A DNA stretch of 63,717 nt, the filler included, from Squatina squatina (taxonomy: Eukaryota), in assembly GCA_031763465.1 (NCBI GenBank). It is 3 parts of 3 records of this genome, joined end to end, with 100 filler letters (N's around TTAATTAATTAA, not from the genome) between each part and the next. Parts side by side here need not be neighbours in the genome. Positions count along the whole stretch, not along the records: positions 47,375 to 63,717 come from JARFOE010000004.1; 2 more parts are not named here. One strand, 5' to 3'. The position numbers were made by a program, and so were the translations under genes. Positions 59,606-63,717 of this stretch are shown one piece after another. The notes beneath the pieces were generated by a model. It saw only the letters and a list, made by a program, of their open reading frames with translations. It did not search any database and was not told where the DNA came from. Each line of letters begins with the position of its first letter. Within the stretch, counting starts at the first letter, position 1.

Positions 59606-62427
59606 CTCAGTTCTAATTCTTGTTGGAGAAAGGGGATCCAATACTGCATGTAAAAGAAAAAGCAACATCCAGCAAAAGCCTACAACAACACAGCTAATGT
59701 AAGCCCTGTGTGAATGACATTTGGTACGACACAACCTCCATCTAACACAAGCCATTTTGTCGTACTGGTAATTCAAAAATAGTTCAACACTTCTTTCAGG
59801 TTTTCTCTTCATTTGTAAAACTTTCTAGTGGAAGTCAATTTTTCTTGACAAATATTACTGAAGTAGAAGATCAAATATTCAGATATCTTTGTGGCAAATG
59901 TTCTTTTAATATCAATTTTAATACTTTTATTTAATTAAATTCATAAGTTGAACCCAAGATTATGATGCCTACCATTAAGAGGTTGGAACTAAGTTGATCC
60001 AATGTGGCAGGGTCAATAAACTGATACCTGAATCAGGTATGTTGGCAATAATCCAGGCTGCTTCTCATAATTGATTAGGCAGCTTGGCTTATTGCTGGGA
60101 CCTGGACGGATAGACGTGCCACTGGGGGCTGGGATTCTTCTCTCTCAAACCCGAATAACCCTACAAGCTAATACACTAATACATAGGATGCTATGATTAG
60201 TCAACAACTCCCTTATCATTGTATCATGTGACTACCAGGATGGTAGAAGGCAAACTAGATGGTCTTGTTTCATCCAGCAATTCCTATCTTTCTAAAAGGA
60301 AGTGTCAGGGATATCCTCATTGCCCAGCTTTGTTACAGTCATGGTGGGATGAATCGGGAGGCGGATTTGCTTCCCATCACTTGTTGAGGCAGTGCTTAGT
60401 TACAGAGACACACTACAGGCCACCATTGCTTCGCATACATACACGGTCTGCATCTCATGTTGCTCGATTAAGTGGAACAGTTGTTGTAGAGACAACTGTA
60501 AAGAAAGAGGAGCCCAGCAGGAAGAGGTGCTNNNNNNNNNNNNNNNNNNNNNNNNNNNNNNNNNNNNNNNNNNNNNNNNNNNNNNNNNNNNNNNNNNNNN
60601 NNNNNNNNNNNNNNNNNNNNNNNNNNNNNNNCCTGCACTCTATTTTGGGTGTGCCCCATCATTGTATTATAAAAGATAGTGAAGCCTGGAGTATCTTGCA
60701 ATGCAGTAACCAACCTAAGTGTGGAGATAACCTGTACAAAAGTTACGACCTTGAAATTCCACCATAGGATGTTATTACATGAAGACTTAATATTTTTTTG
60801 AATTTCCTCTCTCAACTAATTTACCCAAACTGTTAATTTAAAATAAATGGAAGTCGGAAATAAAAACATAAAATGCTCGAAGTGCACTTCATTCAAATAG
60901 GTTAAAGCTCGTTCTATAAATAAATTCAGATGAACATTAAGCATTTGTATCCTTGTGTCCTATGGTGTAATTTCAAGGCCAGAATGATTTGTTACCCTTA
61001 GTTAGAGATTAGCTTGTTTGTATGTTTACACCAGAATTAAGACAGATAGCTATCTACTTGTGTAGCAATTGTTCGATTTGGTAAGAAGTGATATTGCAAT
61101 TTAATTTATTGTATGATTGTAGGAAATATCATTGCTTTTGCATTAGTTGCTCTCCCATGGATTTGCACACGGAAAATCTAGATCAAGAGTAGTCCTCAGG
61201 CAAAGTGGTATTGGAGCGTGGGTGATAATTGGACCAGGGCATGCGGATGTAATCTATTTGTCGTTCTGAAGATATATCCATTATAAATTCTTATGTCCAC
61301 ACTTATGGTGTAAACTGTAAATTTAAACTTGTTAAACTCTTAATTGCATCCTCCTGCTGCAGCACCTCCATGGGGAGAGGGGGTAAGTGGCAAGTTTTTA
61401 TAGACCGTTTCCATTACAAATGTGGAAATGAGAATTTGTTAATAAAAACTAACCGGAACATATGAACATGCAAAATTGACGTAGGTGCCTACAGATGTAA
61501 GATTTTTAATATTGATAGATAATTTAGATATAGATAATTTTGGCATTTCTGTAATGTGCAGAAATTAGATTTTAATTGAACTGTCATTTATTTTATACCT
61601 TGTTAACAGTGGTTTTATTGTGTTCCTCATGTCTTGAATTTAATGCAACTGCACTTGGGATCAGGGATTTTTTTTTATTTTCATCAGATTGGATCATTTA
61701 AAATAATGCAATGAAAAGCAATAATTTTATTTTTGTAGCTTTGTCTGTTTCACTGATGTCACTATTACTTTTTAAAAGATAATTACATGTTTTAATGGTG
61801 AACTGCCCAGAATTAGTAATAATAAGAAGCTGGGGTCGCTGTTTCAGTGTCACAGACTGAATGGGAATTACTGTTTTGTGAATAGCTTTCTTTCTGTGCA
61901 GGTCATGTAGAAAATGAAGAACAATACACACAAGCACTAGAGAANNNNNNNNNNNNNNNNNNNNNNNNNNNNNNNNNNNNNNNNNNNNNNNNNNNNNNNN
62001 NNNNNNNNNNNNNNNNNNNNNNNNNNNNNNNNNNNNNNNNNNNNCTGAAGATCATGAGTATGTAGAATCACTTATATACAGTTTGATCAATATTTATGTG
62101 GCGCTGCATGTGATAACTCCATTTCACCTATGTTGAATGTACACTCCTTTGATGTGCTCCGACCTACAATAACCCATAGTAGAGCAGATAAATACAAACT
62201 GCATTAAATACCCCAAGTGGTTCTGCAGAGTTATAAATGTTTAATGTTGAATTATAAAGAAAGAATGTGATGTGGCATTTATTAGGTACTGGTAGTTAAT
62301 GGAGTACTGTCCTGTCTTGTAACAAAAAACAGAAAATGCTGGAAACATGCAGCAGTTCAGTCAGCATCAGTGGAGAGAACAGTTTAAATTGACTACTGAG
62401 GAGTAATAAAATTATTGCTCTGTTTAG

Positions 62428-62531
62428 GATTCGCAGGTTCGTCAGAGCACAATGTACAGCTTACATCAGCCTCAGGGAAACAAAGAACATGGAACGGAAA
62501 AATGTGGGTCTCTGTATAAAAAAAGTGATGG
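62428..62531 (+). CDS. ASAP2: ASAP2 exon (BAR-PH linker and start of PH domain)
   Basis: tgtttag acceptor, GG|GTAAGT donor; DSQVRQSTMYSLHQPQGNKEHGTEKCGSLYKKSD(G); 104 nt, phase 0-2; not in the ORF track. Confidence 0.9.
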
Positions 62532-62870
62532 GTAAGTTAAGATTTTTTTTCTAATGTTGAACCACTTTTTTTTTTAAAAAGTGCTTGAAAAACTCAAGTT
62601 TATCTTGGGAACTACTCCCAAGGGGACATCCAACTCACAAAAGCAATGGTCCATCAAACCTTCCAGAAAAAACAAATATTTCTGGTCTAACCAACAGTAG
62701 TGGGGAGATTCCAACAGCTTTGGTGATGTAAGCCAATGATTTCAAATGTAGAGATTCACAAATGGTTCAAAATTATCCGCAATTCAAAACAAGTTGTATT
62801 CCCAATAAGTATAGAGACTGTGGGTAAAGTACTATATGTGCAAATTTTAATGTTAATGTATTTTTTCCAG

Positions 62871-62940
62871 AATCAGAAAAGTGTGGCAGAAAAGAAAGTG
62901 TACAGTAAAAAATGGTTATCTTACAATATCACATGGAACG
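62871..62940 (+). CDS. ASAP2: ASAP2 exon (PH domain)
   Basis: ttttccag acceptor, GTAAGT donor; IRKVWQKRKCTVKNGYLTISHGT; 70 nt, phase 2-0, in frame with the previous exon. Confidence 0.9.
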
Positions 62941-63409
62941 GTAAGTTAACAATTTTGTATTTCATATCATAGGAATTAAAGACTTTTCATATCAGCTTTC
63001 TTTTGATGAGCTCATGTCTTTTTTTTAAATTAAAATCTGCAAAGAATCTACTCTCTAGAAAGTTGGACCAGATTTCTAGTATCATCTGAGTCTCATTACT
63101 TTTATTTGAGGTAACTTTAAAACCAGTGTCTTTTCAGTTTCTTTCCTAGATTTAGAGATGTATTAGTATCTTTTCTAAAAACCAGCAATAGAAATGTTGC
63201 ATAGTAACAAGATAATTATGTGCAGTTGCATCGAGTGCAGATTGGAGTGTGTCGAGAACTGTTTGTTATAAAGTTCTGTGAAAGGAAATAGAATAAAAAC
63301 TTGAATGAAAATTTAAATCCCTTGCTTAAATAAATTAGAGCTTAATTCACTGCAGTAAATAATTGTTTAATTGAGATGCTTGAGGGGATGTATCACAGGA
63401 AATACAGTT

Positions 63410-63650
63410 GGTAACAATTTGTCTCATGAGTCAAAAGCTTGTGGGTTCAAACAGCATTTCAGGATTTGAATGTGCAATCTAGACTGACGCAGTGCAGTAC
63501 TAAGGGAGTACTGCATTGTTGCAGATGTTTGTTGGATGAGAAAACAAACCCAAAATCCTGCTTGTTCTGGTGACTCAGGTGCATGTTAAAGATCCCATGC
63601 CCATTTTTGAAGAAGAGTAAGGAATTTTCCTGAAGGCATGACCGTTTCTT
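63410..63650 (+). mobile_element. Deu-domain SINE head and core, degenerate
   Basis: GAGTCAAAAGCTTGTGGGTTCAAA...GTGCAGTACTAAGGGAGTACTGCATTGT...GGATGAGA...AAAGATCCCATG. Confidence 0.7.
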
Positions 63651-63717
63651 TTCAGCTGCGCAGTTGAGCAGCGCTCTGGAGCTTCCGCGCAGCCGGCTCA
63701 CCGGCTTTTAAATGGAA

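Overview
Vertebrate genomic DNA, most likely from a cartilaginous fish (shark-type Deu-domain SINEs, CR1/L2 fragments and Harbinger MITEs; inference). The assembly is fragmented: short contigs joined by 100-N spacers, plus two artificial N44-TTAATTAATTAA-N44 linkers (16720-16819, 47275-47374) that split the window into three independent blocks. Block 1 (1-16719): 3' part of a CPEB2/3/4-type gene on the minus strand, best match CPEB4, with the last two coding exons, a probable long 3'UTR and the 24-nt neuronal microexon. Block 2 (16820-47274): three EIF2AK3/PERK kinase exons, FOXI3 exon 1 with its promoter, and the terminal coding exons of CDC25B and AP5S1. It also holds two orphan exons absent from the ORF track: an intron-containing aminergic GPCR exon and a divergent CTDSP/SCP-family exon. 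Block 3 (47375-63717): the E2F6 DNA-binding exon, two ASAP2 exons, and decayed Harbinger transposase and Myb/SANT genes. Most listed ORFs are artefacts of N-runs, repeats or 30-bp minisatellites. No CRISPR array, rRNA or true tRNA gene is seen. I cannot claim a new system; the best leads are the orphan aminergic GPCR, the CPEB4 microexon with its 13-nt complement in the last exon, and the CTDSP-like exon. Gene calls rest on recalled family sequences and splice/phase logic, not database searches. Repeat boundaries are approximate.
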